A stretch of 32,000 nucleotides of DNA from Dehalococcoidia bacterium (GTDB lineage Bacteria > Chloroflexota > Dehalococcoidia > UBA2979), in the NCBI GenBank assembly GCA_963667515.2, contig CAXXXY010000006.1, positions 80,531 through 112,530 on the forward strand. The letters are read 5' to 3'. Made by a program: the position numbers and the translations under genes. How positions within the stretch are numbered: the stretch's first letter is position 1; each line of letters begins with the position of its first letter. This document shows, one piece after another, positions 24,250-32,000 of the stretch. Under the pieces are notes generated by a model. That model was given only the letters and a program-made list of their open reading frames with translations, had not been told where the DNA came from and did no database searches.

Positions 24250-25299
24250 TGTACTACCCAGGAAGGTTGTTCACAGGCGGGAGGCGGGGACGGCCCCGCC
24301 GACGCCGCCGTGCGGTCGGCGGTGATTGTAGCGGTAGAGCCAGCGTGGGAGCTGGCGCAGCCGCTCGGCGTTGGAGCGGTAGGGGCGGGCGTAGGCCCAC
24401 TCGTTCTGCAGGATCTGGATGAAACGCTCGGCTTTGCCGTTCGTCTGCGGGCGGTAGGGCCGCGTGTGCGACAGCCGCACGTCTGCGGCAGCGGCGGCGC
24501 CGTGGAAGCTGCGGGCGACGGTGTAGGCCTTCGCGTTGTCGGTCAGGACCCGGCGCACGCGCACGCCACGCCGGCGGAAGGCCGCGAGCGCCTGCTCGAG
24601 GAAGGCGGCGCAGCTCGCGCCACGCTCGTCGGGCAGGACGGAGACGTAGGCGTAACGGCTGTGGTCGTCGACGGCGACGTGTAGGTACTCCAGCCCCAGC
24701 GAACGCCGCGAATGCGGCCCGGAGCGCGTCTCGGCGAAGCCAGGCGCCATTCGCTTGCCGCCGCCCTCGGGGACGCGCCCGAGCTTCTTCACGTCGAGAT
24801 GCAGCAGGTCGCCGGGGGCGTCGTGCTCGTAGCGGACCGGCTCCCGGGTGACGCGGTGCAGGCGGTCGAGCCGGTTGAGGCCGCGGCGCCGCAGCACGGC
24901 GTAGACCGTGGAGCGGGCGACCCCGAGCGCCCACTGGATGCGATGCGGCCCGAATCCCTGCGTGCGTCGCACGGCGCAGATGCGTCGCTCCAGCTCGGGC
25001 GGCGTGCGCCGGGGATGCGCGCGCGGGGCGGAGCTGCGGTCCTCGAGCCCTGCCGCTCCCTCCGCCCGGAAGCGCCCCAGCCACTTGGCAACGGTGTGGC
25101 GGGAGACGCGGAAGTGGCGAGCGACCTCAGCCTGGGGCCAGCCGGCGTCCACTTCCCGCACGAGCTCGAGTCGGGTCAGCGGCGTCAGCCGCGCGTTACG
25201 ATGGGCCATGAGGGTGTCCTCTCCTCGCTACTGCCGTGCTGTCACACACAGCAGCGGGCGAGGCCCCTCATCCTCTCAACAACCTACGTGGGAACTACA
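24250..25299 (-). mobile_element. IS481-family insertion sequence, copy 2 (1050 bp)
   Basis: Colinear with copy 1 at a +19200 offset. Only 4 differences (24744, 24864, 25012, 25275). Flanks are ACTAGG (24244-24249) and GCTAGC (25300-25305). Confidence 0.9.
24271..25209 (-). CDS. IS481-family DDE transposase
   Basis: 312 aa. Differs from the copy-1 protein at two residues (R vs C, P vs S). Confidence 0.92.
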   Translation of the reverse strand: MAHRNARLTPLTRLELVREVDAGWPQAEVARHFRVSRHTVAKWLGRFRAEGAAGLEDRSSAPRAHPRRTPPELERRICAVRRTQGFGPHRIQWALGVARSTVYAVLRRRGLNRLDRLHRVTREPVRYEHDAPGDLLHLDVKKLGRVPEGGGKRMAPGFAETRSGPHSRRSLGLEYLHVAVDDHSRYAYVSVLPDERGASCAAFLEQALAAFRRRGVRVRRVLTDNAKAYTVARSFHGAAAAADVRLSHTRPYRPQTNGKAERFIQILQNEWAYARPYRSNAERLRQLPRWLYRYNHRRPHGGVGGAVPASRL

Positions 25300-25300
25300 G

Positions 25301-26254
25301 CTAGCCTGCGGCCTGCGCGGCCGCGAGCGCGATCGCCCTGAACGCGCTCTCGATCGAGCCCACGCGGTCCTCCGGGTCGATGACGGGGTGCGCCAGCACC
25401 TCGCCCATGCCGGCGTCGAGCAGCCCGACGAGCCCGGCGGCCACCTCCTCGGCGCTCCCGGAGACCACCAGGTCGTCCAGCAGCGCGTCGCTGTAGCTCT
25501 CCTCGATCGGGAAGCCCGCGGCCTCGAACATGCCGCGGTAGTTGGCGCTCTGTGCGTAGTAGCCGAGCGAGCCGCGCACCCCGGCGCGCGCCGTCTCGGG
25601 ATCGGGGGTGACCATCACCGGCACGTGCGCGACGAGCGGCGGGACCGGCCGCCCGGCCGCCTCCGCGCCGCGGCGCATCGCGGGCAGCGCCTCCTCCACG
25701 AGGTAGGTGCGGGGGCACATCCACGAGATCGCGCCATCGGAGAGCTCGCCGCAGAGCTCGAAGGACCTGGGGCGCAGCGCCGAGGCCATGAGCGGGATCG
25801 CCACCGGCCCGCGCAGCCGCGTGCGCGCCACCACGTGCTCGCCCGCGAAGTCCACCTCGCCCGTATCGAAGAGCGCGCGCAGCACCGTGAGGTACTCGCG
25901 CAGCTGCGTCAGCGGCTTGCGCCACGTCACGCCGTACGTCGACTCCATCGCGGGCTGGTGCGCGGGGCCGATGCCCAGGCGGAAGCGCCCGGGCGCCAGC
26001 GACTCGATCGCCAGCGCCTGCTGCGCGATGACGATGGGGTGGCGCGGCCACGTCTGGATGATGCAGGTGCCCATGAGCACGCGCTCGGTCTGGACGCCCG
26101 CCGCGGCGAAGGCCGCCATCGGGTCCTGCCCGCCCGACATGCCGATTGTGCCCCACGTCGCGGGGATGCCGGCGCGCTCCGCCTCGGCGATCTGCTCGAC
26201 CGCCGCGCGCGCGCTCCCGGCCTGGATGTTGACTCCGACAGTACCCCGCGCCAT
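25301..26254 (-). CDS. Luciferase-like (LLM-class, probably F420-dependent) oxidoreductase
   Basis: 317 aa. '..LAPGRFRLGIGPAH..', TIM-barrel LLM pattern, '..EVAAGLVGLLDAG..' C-terminus. The TAG stop (25301-25303) lies inside the IS flank. Confidence 0.8.
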   Translation of the reverse strand: MARGTVGVNIQAGSARAAVEQIAEAERAGIPATWGTIGMSGGQDPMAAFAAAGVQTERVLMGTCIIQTWPRHPIVIAQQALAIESLAPGRFRLGIGPAHQPAMESTYGVTWRKPLTQLREYLTVLRALFDTGEVDFAGEHVVARTRLRGPVAIPLMASALRPRSFELCGELSDGAISWMCPRTYLVEEALPAMRRGAEAAGRPVPPLVAHVPVMVTPDPETARAGVRGSLGYYAQSANYRGMFEAAGFPIEESYSDALLDDLVVSGSAEEVAAGLVGLLDAGMGEVLAHPVIDPEDRVGSIESAFRAIALAAAQAAG

Positions 26255-26401
26255 TGGACCGAACGTAACACGGCCTCGTACTGCGTGCGCGCGCTTATGT
26301 CTCCTCGTATGTGAAGCGGGGCCTCGCCCACCTCGCCACGGGCGCTCCCCGCCCTAGAATGCGGCGCCGGCGCGCTCGCCGACGTGGAGTGGGGGGACGA
26401 G

Positions 26402-27334
26402 ATGAGCACCGCCGAGGGCAGCGCCGCGCCGGCCGTCGACGAGCGGCCGATCGAGGAGATCGTGGAGCGCTTCCGCGCCGAGGTCGGCGAGCTGCCTACG
26501 CACCTGGCGCTGCTGGCGGAGGTGGCGCCCTCCTCACTGCAGGGGCACGACCGCATGTGGCGCGAGCTGATGCGCGACCCCTCGCAGGGCGGCGCGCTGC
26601 CGCGGCGCTACAAGGCGCTGCTCTGCGCCTCGATCGCGCTGACCGCGCGCGACGGCGACGCCGCCGAGTGGTGGTCGGGCGTCGGCGCGCGCTGGGGACT
26701 CACGCTGGAAGAGCTGCTGGAGGTGATCGGCTTCAACATCACCGGCCAGGGCATGTCGACCTTCCGCGACATCGGCCAGCGCTGCGTGCGCCGGGCGCGC
26801 GAGGTGATCGCGTCGGGCGAGGTCGAGCGCGACCCCGAGCCGATGCCGCCCGTCGAGGTGCCCGCGAGCTGGGCCGACGCGGCGCTGCCGCAGGGCGAGC
26901 AGCCCCCCGGCGAGCACCCCGCCCTCGAGCCCCCCACGGGCGAGGCGATGACGGCGATCCACGCCTACTTCGAGCGCAGCTTCAACGCGCCGATGCCGGA
27001 GTTCTGGGCCGCGCTGGGCCGCGAAAGCGGCGGACTGCTGGAGGGTTACTACCTGCTGCGCCGCTACACGATGCGCCGTCCCGAGGAGGGCGGGCACACC
27101 CCGAAGATCGTGAAGGAGCTCAATGCCGTCGTCGGCGACACGATCATGAACAACCCGTGGGGCGGCGAGGCGCACCTGCGCGCCGCAATGGTCAACGGTT
27201 GCACGCTGGCGCAGGTCCGCGAGGCCGAGGGGCTGGTGATCATGGAGGCGGGGATGGTCGCCTACAAGATCGCCGGCTACGACTTCGTGCGCAGCGCGCA
27301 GGAGATCGCGGCGGTGCTCGAGGGGCTGAAGTAG
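26402..27334 (+). CDS. Protein with two carboxymuconolactone-decarboxylase/AhpD-like domains
   Basis: ATG 26402 follows GGGGGA (alternative GTG 26384). 'LPRRYKALLCASIALTARDGDAAEWWSGVGARWGLTLEELLEVI' and 'TPKIVKELNAVVGDTIMNNPWGGEAHLRAAMVNGCTLAQVREAEGLV' each resemble a CMD domain. Confidence 0.65.
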   Translation: MSTAEGSAAPAVDERPIEEIVERFRAEVGELPTHLALLAEVAPSSLQGHDRMWRELMRDPSQGGALPRRYKALLCASIALTARDGDAAEWWSGVGARWGLTLEELLEVIGFNITGQGMSTFRDIGQRCVRRAREVIASGEVERDPEPMPPVEVPASWADAALPQGEQPPGEHPALEPPTGEAMTAIHAYFERSFNAPMPEFWAALGRESGGLLEGYYLLRRYTMRRPEEGGHTPKIVKELNAVVGDTIMNNPWGGEAHLRAAMVNGCTLAQVREAEGLVIMEAGMVAYKIAGYDFVRSAQEIAAVLEGLK

Positions 27335-27359
27335 CGCGCTCGCCCGTCGGCGCGACTAC
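27331..27359. terminator. Possible bidirectional stem-loop between convergent genes
   Basis: GTAG-CGCGC (27331-27339) pairs with GCGCG-A-CTAC (27350-27359), with a 10-nt loop. The stem includes both stop codons. No U-tract. Confidence 0.3.
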
Positions 27360-28780
27360 GGCCGAGCGACGCAGAGATCGACGAGCAGGTCGACCGACTC
27401 GAGCGACTCGAGGTCGGCGACGGCCTCGGCGATGCGCTCCGCGTGCGCCTCGTCGAAGGGCAGCGCCGCGTAGAGCGCCGGCACGCGCGCGCGCTCCGTG
27501 GCGAGATCCCACGCGAACTCGGTGCCGTCGGCCTCCGCCACCAGCGTGGTGCCGTCGAGGAGCTCGACGGTGACGCGCGGCGAGTACTGGCCGCGGTCGG
27601 CGGTGACGGCGCGCACGCGGCGCGAGAGCTCCTGCACCTCGGGCGGCTCGTCGGAGCCGGCCGCGTCGCGGCCGCCGTAGGAGAGCCGGCGCCCCGTGGA
27701 GGCGTAGCCGCGCTGGATCAGCGCCTTTGCCGCGAAGTAGGCGTTGTTCCACTCGTCGGTGGCGGGGCGCGGGAAGCGCGGCGAGGGGTAGTGCGTCTCC
27801 CACTCGTTCATCTCGACGCGGATCTCGCGCACCTGCGCCGCGTCGATCTCGTGCTCGCGCCCGAGCTGCGCGCAGAGCTCGACGACGGGCTGCACGAAGC
27901 CGGCGCCCGAGTAGATCTTCATCGTCGCGCCGAGCAGCTCCCAGCGCTCGCCGAGGTCGGCCGCGATCGCCGGCACGTCGATGCGATCCGCGCCCACGAA
28001 GCTCCCCGTCAGCGCGCCCTCGGCGCTGCCCGCGAAGGAGTAGAGGAAGCCGACCGCGCCCTCGATGCACTGCGGGGCGCCGCTCACCCCCTCGGCGGCG
28101 AGCGCGGCAGCCGTCATCCCCGACTGCGCCGCGACGGGCTCCTGGAACGTCATCTCGCGCGTTCCGGCGCGGCTCGTCTCCAGGTTGCCGAAGGCGTAGC
28201 CCACCGCCAGCGCGATAGCGTGCGCCGTCTGCTCGGCGTCGAGGCCGCGCAGCCTGGCGGCGGCGACGGCGGGCCCGAAGACGCCGAACAGCGCCGAGGA
28301 GCGGAAGCCGTGGTTCTGCGTGGAGGGGACGATGTCGCGCGCGAGGCGGCAGTGCACCTCGTAGGCACCGGCGAGCGCCGCGAGCAGCGTGCGGCCGCTC
28401 ACGCCGCGCCCCTCCGCCTCCGCGAGCGCGGCGGGCACGATCGAGCAGCCGGGGTGCGTGAGCATGCGGTAGGAGTCGTCCTGCCCGCGGGCGTGCACCA
28501 GCACCGAGTTCACGAAGGCCGCGTCGCGGCGTGCGGCGCGCTCCCCGCTGCCGAGCAGCCGCGCGCCCCCCGCGGCCAGCGGCCCGGCCTCGCCCAGCGC
28601 GACCCTCGCCGCCAGCGCGACATCGGACTCGGCGTGGCTCGCCAGGCCCACCATCAGCGCGTGCAGCAGCAGCGCCTTCACCTTGTCGGCGGCGGCCGCC
28701 GGCAGGGCGTCAGCGTCAAGCCCCGCGGCGAAGGCGCCCAGGCGCTGACTGACCGTCGGCTCGCTCGCTGGATCGGCCAC
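27356..28780 (-). CDS. MmgE/PrpD-family protein
   Basis: 474 aa. '..AADKVKALLLHALMVGLASH..AAFVNSVLVHARGQDDSY..THPGCSIVPAALAEAE..' is typical of the 2-methylcitrate-dehydratase/MmgE fold. Confidence 0.85.
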   Translation of the reverse strand: MADPASEPTVSQRLGAFAAGLDADALPAAAADKVKALLLHALMVGLASHAESDVALAARVALGEAGPLAAGGARLLGSGERAARRDAAFVNSVLVHARGQDDSYRMLTHPGCSIVPAALAEAEGRGVSGRTLLAALAGAYEVHCRLARDIVPSTQNHGFRSSALFGVFGPAVAAARLRGLDAEQTAHAIALAVGYAFGNLETSRAGTREMTFQEPVAAQSGMTAAALAAEGVSGAPQCIEGAVGFLYSFAGSAEGALTGSFVGADRIDVPAIAADLGERWELLGATMKIYSGAGFVQPVVELCAQLGREHEIDAAQVREIRVEMNEWETHYPSPRFPRPATDEWNNAYFAAKALIQRGYASTGRRLSYGGRDAAGSDEPPEVQELSRRVRAVTADRGQYSPRVTVELLDGTTLVAEADGTEFAWDLATERARVPALYAALPFDEAHAERIAEAVADLESLESVDLLVDLCVARP

Positions 28781-28800
28781 GTGCGCCCCTCTTCCACCTC

Positions 28801-28833
28801 GTGTCGAGGTCGGCTGCTGCCTGGTGTCGAGGT
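28801..28833 (-). promoter_or_regulatory. Two perfect 10-bp direct repeats GTGTCGAGGT upstream of the MmgE/PrpD gene
   Basis: 28801-28810 and 28824-28833 (period 23 bp), 21-53 nt upstream of GTG 28780, in the 64-bp gap after the isomerase-like gene. Confidence 0.35.
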
Positions 28834-28844
28834 TGGCCCGCGGC

Positions 28845-29663
28845 CTAGTGCTCCGCGAGCAGCGTGCCGAAGCCGTCGGTGCGCTCGCGCAGCCCCGCGC
28901 GGCGCATGCAGTCCCAGAACATCGCGACGTTGCTGGTGACCACAGGTTTGCCCAGCGCCTCCTCCAGCCGCGGCACGATCGAGAGCGTGGGCAGGTCGGT
29001 GCAGCTGATCAGCACCGCGTCGGCCTCCTCGCGGTCGGCCTGCCGCGCGAGGCGGTAGGCCACCTCAGGCGGGATGCGCGCGAGGTAGCCGCCTGCGCTC
29101 TGCCAGGCCTCCTCGCCGATGCCCAGCGCCTCCAGTGTCAGCACCTCGAAGCCCGCGCCTTCCAGGAAGGCGCGCGCCAGCACGTTGCGCGACTCGGGGT
29201 ACGGCGTGGCGACGCCGATGCTGCGCGCGCCCAGCGCGCGCAGCGCGCGCACTACGGCGCCGCCCGCCGAAGTGGTCGGCGTCTCGCCGACCATCTCGGC
29301 CATGCGCGCGTCCAGCTCCTCGACGGGCAGCAGCATCGAGCTGGTGGTGCAGCCGAGCGCGACCACATCGAAGCGGTCGCCGCCGCCCAGCTGGGCGACG
29401 CCCTCGCGCAGGCAGCCCAGCATCTCCTCGGCGCGCTCCGGCTCGAAGAAGGCGGGCGAGCGCGAGGCGTGGATGGAGACGCCCTCGGGCGCCATCAGGT
29501 TGAACTCCGCCTCGTTCGAGGTGTTGCCCGGCGGCACGACGATGCCGACGCGCGCGCGCCAACCGTAGGCGGAGTAGGTGCCGAGCGCGCGCTCCACCGT
29601 CGAGAGCGCTCGCGTGCCATCCCCCGCGGCGCCGGCTGCCGCCGCGTCCTGCGTCGTGGTCAT
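28845..29663 (-). CDS. Maleate cis-trans isomerase / arylmalonate-decarboxylase-family (Asp/Glu racemase superfamily) protein
   Basis: 272 aa from ATG 29663 (RBS GGGGGAG). 'RVGIVVPPGNTSNEAEF', 'VVALGCTTSS' and 'VLISCTDLPT' (both catalytic-type Cys present), 'KPVVTSNVAMFW'. Confidence 0.75.
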   Translation of the reverse strand: MTTTQDAAAAGAAGDGTRALSTVERALGTYSAYGWRARVGIVVPPGNTSNEAEFNLMAPEGVSIHASRSPAFFEPERAEEMLGCLREGVAQLGGGDRFDVVALGCTTSSMLLPVEELDARMAEMVGETPTTSAGGAVVRALRALGARSIGVATPYPESRNVLARAFLEGAGFEVLTLEALGIGEEAWQSAGGYLARIPPEVAYRLARQADREEADAVLISCTDLPTLSIVPRLEEALGKPVVTSNVAMFWDCMRRAGLRERTDGFGTLLAEH

Positions 29664-29699
29664 CGGCCGCTCCCCCCTCGCCCCGCGTGTCCGCCCGCG

Positions 29700-29718
29700 C
29701 TCGACCCGAGAGGTCGAG
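29700..29718 (-). terminator. Perfect 7-bp stem-loop after the amidohydrolase gene
   Basis: CTCGACC-CGAGA-GGTCGAG at 29700-29718, 5 nt downstream of the stop (29723). No U-tract, so a terminator/attenuator role is speculative. Confidence 0.3.
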
Positions 29719-29722
29719 CTGC

Positions 29723-30637
29723 CTAGAGGTCCAGCTTCAGCGCGCGCAGCGCGTTCGTGCGCACGAACTTCTCGTAGACCTCGGGGCGGAACTCCCGCCG
29801 CTCGCCCCCCCAGACGATGCCTTGCTCGACGATCGCGTCGAAGTCGTCCAGCCACACCTTGGGGTCGATCGCGGGGTAGTCCGAGCCGAAGACGAACTTG
29901 TCCTGCAGCACGGTGTTCATGTACTGGAAGACGATCGGCTCCGCCTGGTAGACGTACTTCGGCAGCCACCCCGACAGGTCGAGGTAGACGTTCTCGTGCC
30001 GCCAGATCACGGCCAGCGCCTCGGCGGTCCAGGGCCAGCCGAAGTGCGTGATGATGATGCGCAGGTTGGGGAAGTCCGTCGCCACGTCGTCGATGGAGAT
30101 CGGGTTGCAGGTGCGGATCTTGCTGTAGGTCATGCGGGTGGTGCCGGTGTGGATCAGCACCGCCGCGTCCATCGCCTCGCAGGCCTCGAGGATCGGGTAC
30201 ATCAGCTCGCGGTCGGCGGGGTCGACCTCCTGGTACGCCGGGTGGAACTTCAGCCCCAGCAGCCCCAGCTCGTTCACGCAGCGCTCGAGCTCCGCGACCG
30301 CGTTCTTCGCGCCCATGTGCGGATCGACGCCGCCCAGGCCCAGGAACATGTCGGGGTAGCGCCGGACGTACTCAGCGATGTAGTCGTTGGGCAGCGCGCG
30401 GCCCCAGCGGTGGTAGGAGACCATGTTCACCAGCACCGCGCGCTCCACGCCCGCCTTCTGGAAGGCCTCGTAGCTCATCTCGATCGGGATGTCGAGGCGG
30501 CCGTGGTGCGGCGCCTGCTCCGAGCGGCCGAAGTAGTTGTCGTGCGCCTCCGTGTACGAGGGGCCGTGGCCGAGGCGCGTCTCCACCGTGAACGGGTGGA
30601 TGTGCACGTCGATCGGCTTGACGTCGGAGAGCGGCAT
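29723..30637 (-). CDS. Amidohydrolase-2 (ACMSD/LigW-like metal-dependent hydrolase/decarboxylase) family protein
   Basis: 304 aa. 'IDVHIHPF' (HxH), 'VLIHTGT', 'IIITHFGWPW', 'FVFGSDYP' metal-ligand pattern of PF04909-type enzymes. Confidence 0.82.
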   Translation of the reverse strand: MPLSDVKPIDVHIHPFTVETRLGHGPSYTEAHDNYFGRSEQAPHHGRLDIPIEMSYEAFQKAGVERAVLVNMVSYHRWGRALPNDYIAEYVRRYPDMFLGLGGVDPHMGAKNAVAELERCVNELGLLGLKFHPAYQEVDPADRELMYPILEACEAMDAAVLIHTGTTRMTYSKIRTCNPISIDDVATDFPNLRIIITHFGWPWTAEALAVIWRHENVYLDLSGWLPKYVYQAEPIVFQYMNTVLQDKFVFGSDYPAIDPKVWLDDFDAIVEQGIVWGGERREFRPEVYEKFVRTNALRALKLDL

Positions 30638-30653
30638 CGTGTTCCTTTCGTCG

Positions 30654-30686
30654 GGCCGTGCCAGAGTAGCGGCCGTGGCAGAGTGA
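30654..30686. promoter_or_regulatory. Tandem 16-bp direct repeat in divergent promoter region
   Basis: GGCCGTGCCAGAGTAG (30654-30669) and GGCCGTGGCAGAGTGA (30671-30686), 14/16 identical, 17 nt beyond the amidohydrolase start. Confidence 0.35.
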
Positions 30687-30780
30687 CCGCCGGACGGGCC
30701 GGCCCATTCTAGCGACGACGCCGCGCCGTCGCGCTCGCCCGCGCGAGCGACGGCCGGGCGGCTCGCGCGGGCGGACCGGC

Positions 30781-30833
30781 CAGCGGGATGTCAGCGCGAG
30801 CAGCGGGAACGCCAGCGGGAAGGCCAGCGGAGA
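30781..30833. promoter_or_regulatory. Iterated CAGCGGGA motif (4 copies, last three at 12-bp spacing) just upstream of the hydrolase start
   Basis: CAGCGGGA at 30781, 30801 and 30813; CAGCGGAGA at 30825; ATG at 30847. 'CAGCGGGAACGCC' resembles the tip hairpin half of the dispersed repeat family. Confidence 0.35.
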
Positions 30834-30846
30834 TGGGGGACGCCGG

Positions 30847-32000
30847 ATGACGAGGCCCACGGAGGTGGCACGCAAGGAGCGCCGACGCGACGGCCAGCAG
30901 TGGTTGCTCGACTGGATGGCGAAGACCACCGGCCGCGTCCAGAACTTCGCGTACGACACGCGCCAGCACCCGCCCGAGGTGAAGAGCTACCGCCAGATCC
31001 CCAAGGTGATCGAGCGCTACGCGCGCCACGCCGAGCAGGTCGCGCGCGGCGCCGAGGCGGCGGGCCACCGCCAGACCGCCTTCGAGCACTACTGGCGCGC
31101 GGCGGACCTCTACCGCGACGCGCAGCACCCGCTCTACTGGGACGACCACCCCGACAAGATCTACCTGCACGCGAAGCTCCTCGAGTGCTACGAGAAGGTG
31201 ATCGAGCTCGCCCCCTACCCCATCCGCCGCGTCGAGGTGCCGTTCGAGGGGCAGCAGATCCAGTGCGTCTTCCACATGGCGGGTGAGCCCGGCGCGCCCA
31301 CCGTGATCGAGGTACCGGGGATGGACCAGACGAAGGAGACGTTCCCGCGGCCCACCCGCAACCCCTTCGTGCAGCGCGGGATGAACGTGCTGGCGATGGA
31401 CGGACCGGGCCAGGGCACGAGCAACATGCGCAAGATCCGCGTCACGGACGACAACTATCAGCGCGCGGGCTCGGCGGTGATCGACTGGCTGGTCGAGCAG
31501 CCCGAGGTGGACGCGGAGCGCATCGGCGTCTCGGGCATCTCGATGGGCTCGTACTGGGGGATGCGCATCGCCGCCTACGACCCGCGCGTGGCGGCGCTCG
31601 CCACGGCCTCGGCGTGCTTCTCGGCGAAGCGCGCGATCTTCGAGGAGGACTCGCCCCGCTTCAAGCAGATGTTCATGTACATGGCGGGCATGCACGACGA
31701 GGACGAGTTCGACGAGATGGCCGAGAGGATGACGATGGAAGGGCACGCCTCCCGCATCACCGCGCCCTCGCTCACCGTCGTCGGCGAGTACGATCCGCTC
31801 TGCCCGCTGGACGAGGCGATCCCGATCTGGGAGGAGATCCAGGGCCCGCGCGAGATGTGGGTGCTGGAGGACGACTTCCACTCCCCGCCCGCCATCGAGG
31901 GGCTGGGCGGCGAGGATGTCTACTACTACATGGCGGACTTCCTGCGCGACGCCTTCGACGGGAAGATTGAGGCCGGGCGCGATGTGACGCGCGTCGTCCC
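30847..32000 (+). CDS. Alpha/beta hydrolase (FrsA/2,6-dihydroxypseudooxynicotine-hydrolase-like), 3' end outside window
   Basis: Not in the ORF track because no stop is reached. Own translation from ATG 30847: 'MTRPTEVARKERRRDGQQWLLDWMAKTTGRVQNF..VIEVPGMDQTKE..IGVSGISMGSYWG..VVGEYDPLCP..LEDDFHS', i.e. Ser (GxSxG), Asp and His triad candidates in order. Confidence 0.75.
   Translation, partial: MTRPTEVARKERRRDGQQWLLDWMAKTTGRVQNFAYDTRQHPPEVKSYRQIPKVIERYARHAEQVARGAEAAGHRQTAFEHYWRAADLYRDAQHPLYWDDHPDKIYLHAKLLECYEKVIELAPYPIRRVEVPFEGQQIQCVFHMAGEPGAPTVIEVPGMDQTKETFPRPTRNPFVQRGMNVLAMDGPGQGTSNMRKIRVTDDNYQRAGSAVIDWLVEQPEVDAERIGVSGISMGSYWGMRIAAYDPRVAALATASACFSAKRAIFEEDSPRFKQMFMYMAGMHDEDEFDEMAERMTMEGHASRITAPSLTVVGEYDPLCPLDEAIPIWEEIQGPREMWVLEDDFHSPPAIEGLGGEDVYYYMADFLRDAFDGKIEAGRDVTRVV

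Noticed and set aside
5050-25299. The two IS481 copies plus the intervening 18 kb as a composite transposon or genomic island.
   Set aside because: The outer flanks do not form a common target duplication (GCTAGC on the far left versus GCTAGC on the far right is uninformative, because each copy has its own CTAG flanks). The cargo is ordinary chromosomal metabolism and nothing marks the segment as foreign. It is kept only as a recombination-prone interval.

Overview
Very GC-rich, densely coded chromosomal segment with an Actinobacteria-like gene repertoire. No rRNA, tRNA or CRISPR array was seen.

Gene content, left to right:
- End of proC, then yggT.
- Small redox/stress genes: SRPBCC, GlcG-like, cupredoxin, membrane-anchored YceI, cupin.
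- IS481-family copy 1 (5050-6099).
- A divergent SGNH-hydrolase / GT2-glycosyltransferase pair.
- A long minus-strand cluster (17142 down to about 8471), translationally coupled through the permease gene. It encodes a cytosolic group-3b-type [NiFe]-hydrogenase (FeS beta, an embedded cNMP-binding protein, FAD/NAD gamma, small and large subunits), the maturation endopeptidase, a Zn-finger-less HypA, HypC, an EamA/DMT permease, a Cys-motif hypothetical, a 4-TM protein and a flavin reductase.
- Gfo/Idh/MocA oxidoreductase and MsrB.
- Two paralogous family-5 SBP homologues without signal peptides, plus PPOX-like and alpha/beta-hydrolase genes.
- IS481 copy 2 (24250-25299).
- A putative catabolic cluster: LLM oxidoreductase, double CMD/AhpD-like protein, MmgE/PrpD, maleate-isomerase-like, amidohydrolase-2, alpha/beta hydrolase.

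Most notable signals:
1. A dispersed REPIN/MITE-like inverted-repeat family with covarying 13-nt tip hairpins at four intergenic loci (909-1158, 1686-1804, 17149-17306, 22393-22647). I cannot assign it to a named family.
2. About 14 single-nucleotide frame breaks, often at short same-base runs. In addition, two in-frame TAG codons in an identical 9-nt context and substitutions at invariant residues are concentrated in the hydrogenase genes. This is either real gene decay or systematic sequence error.
3. Two 99.6%-identical, directly oriented IS481 copies inserted at CTAG sites that overlap host stop codons.

Many long ORFs in the supplied track are Arg/Ala/Pro-rich shadow frames and were ignored.
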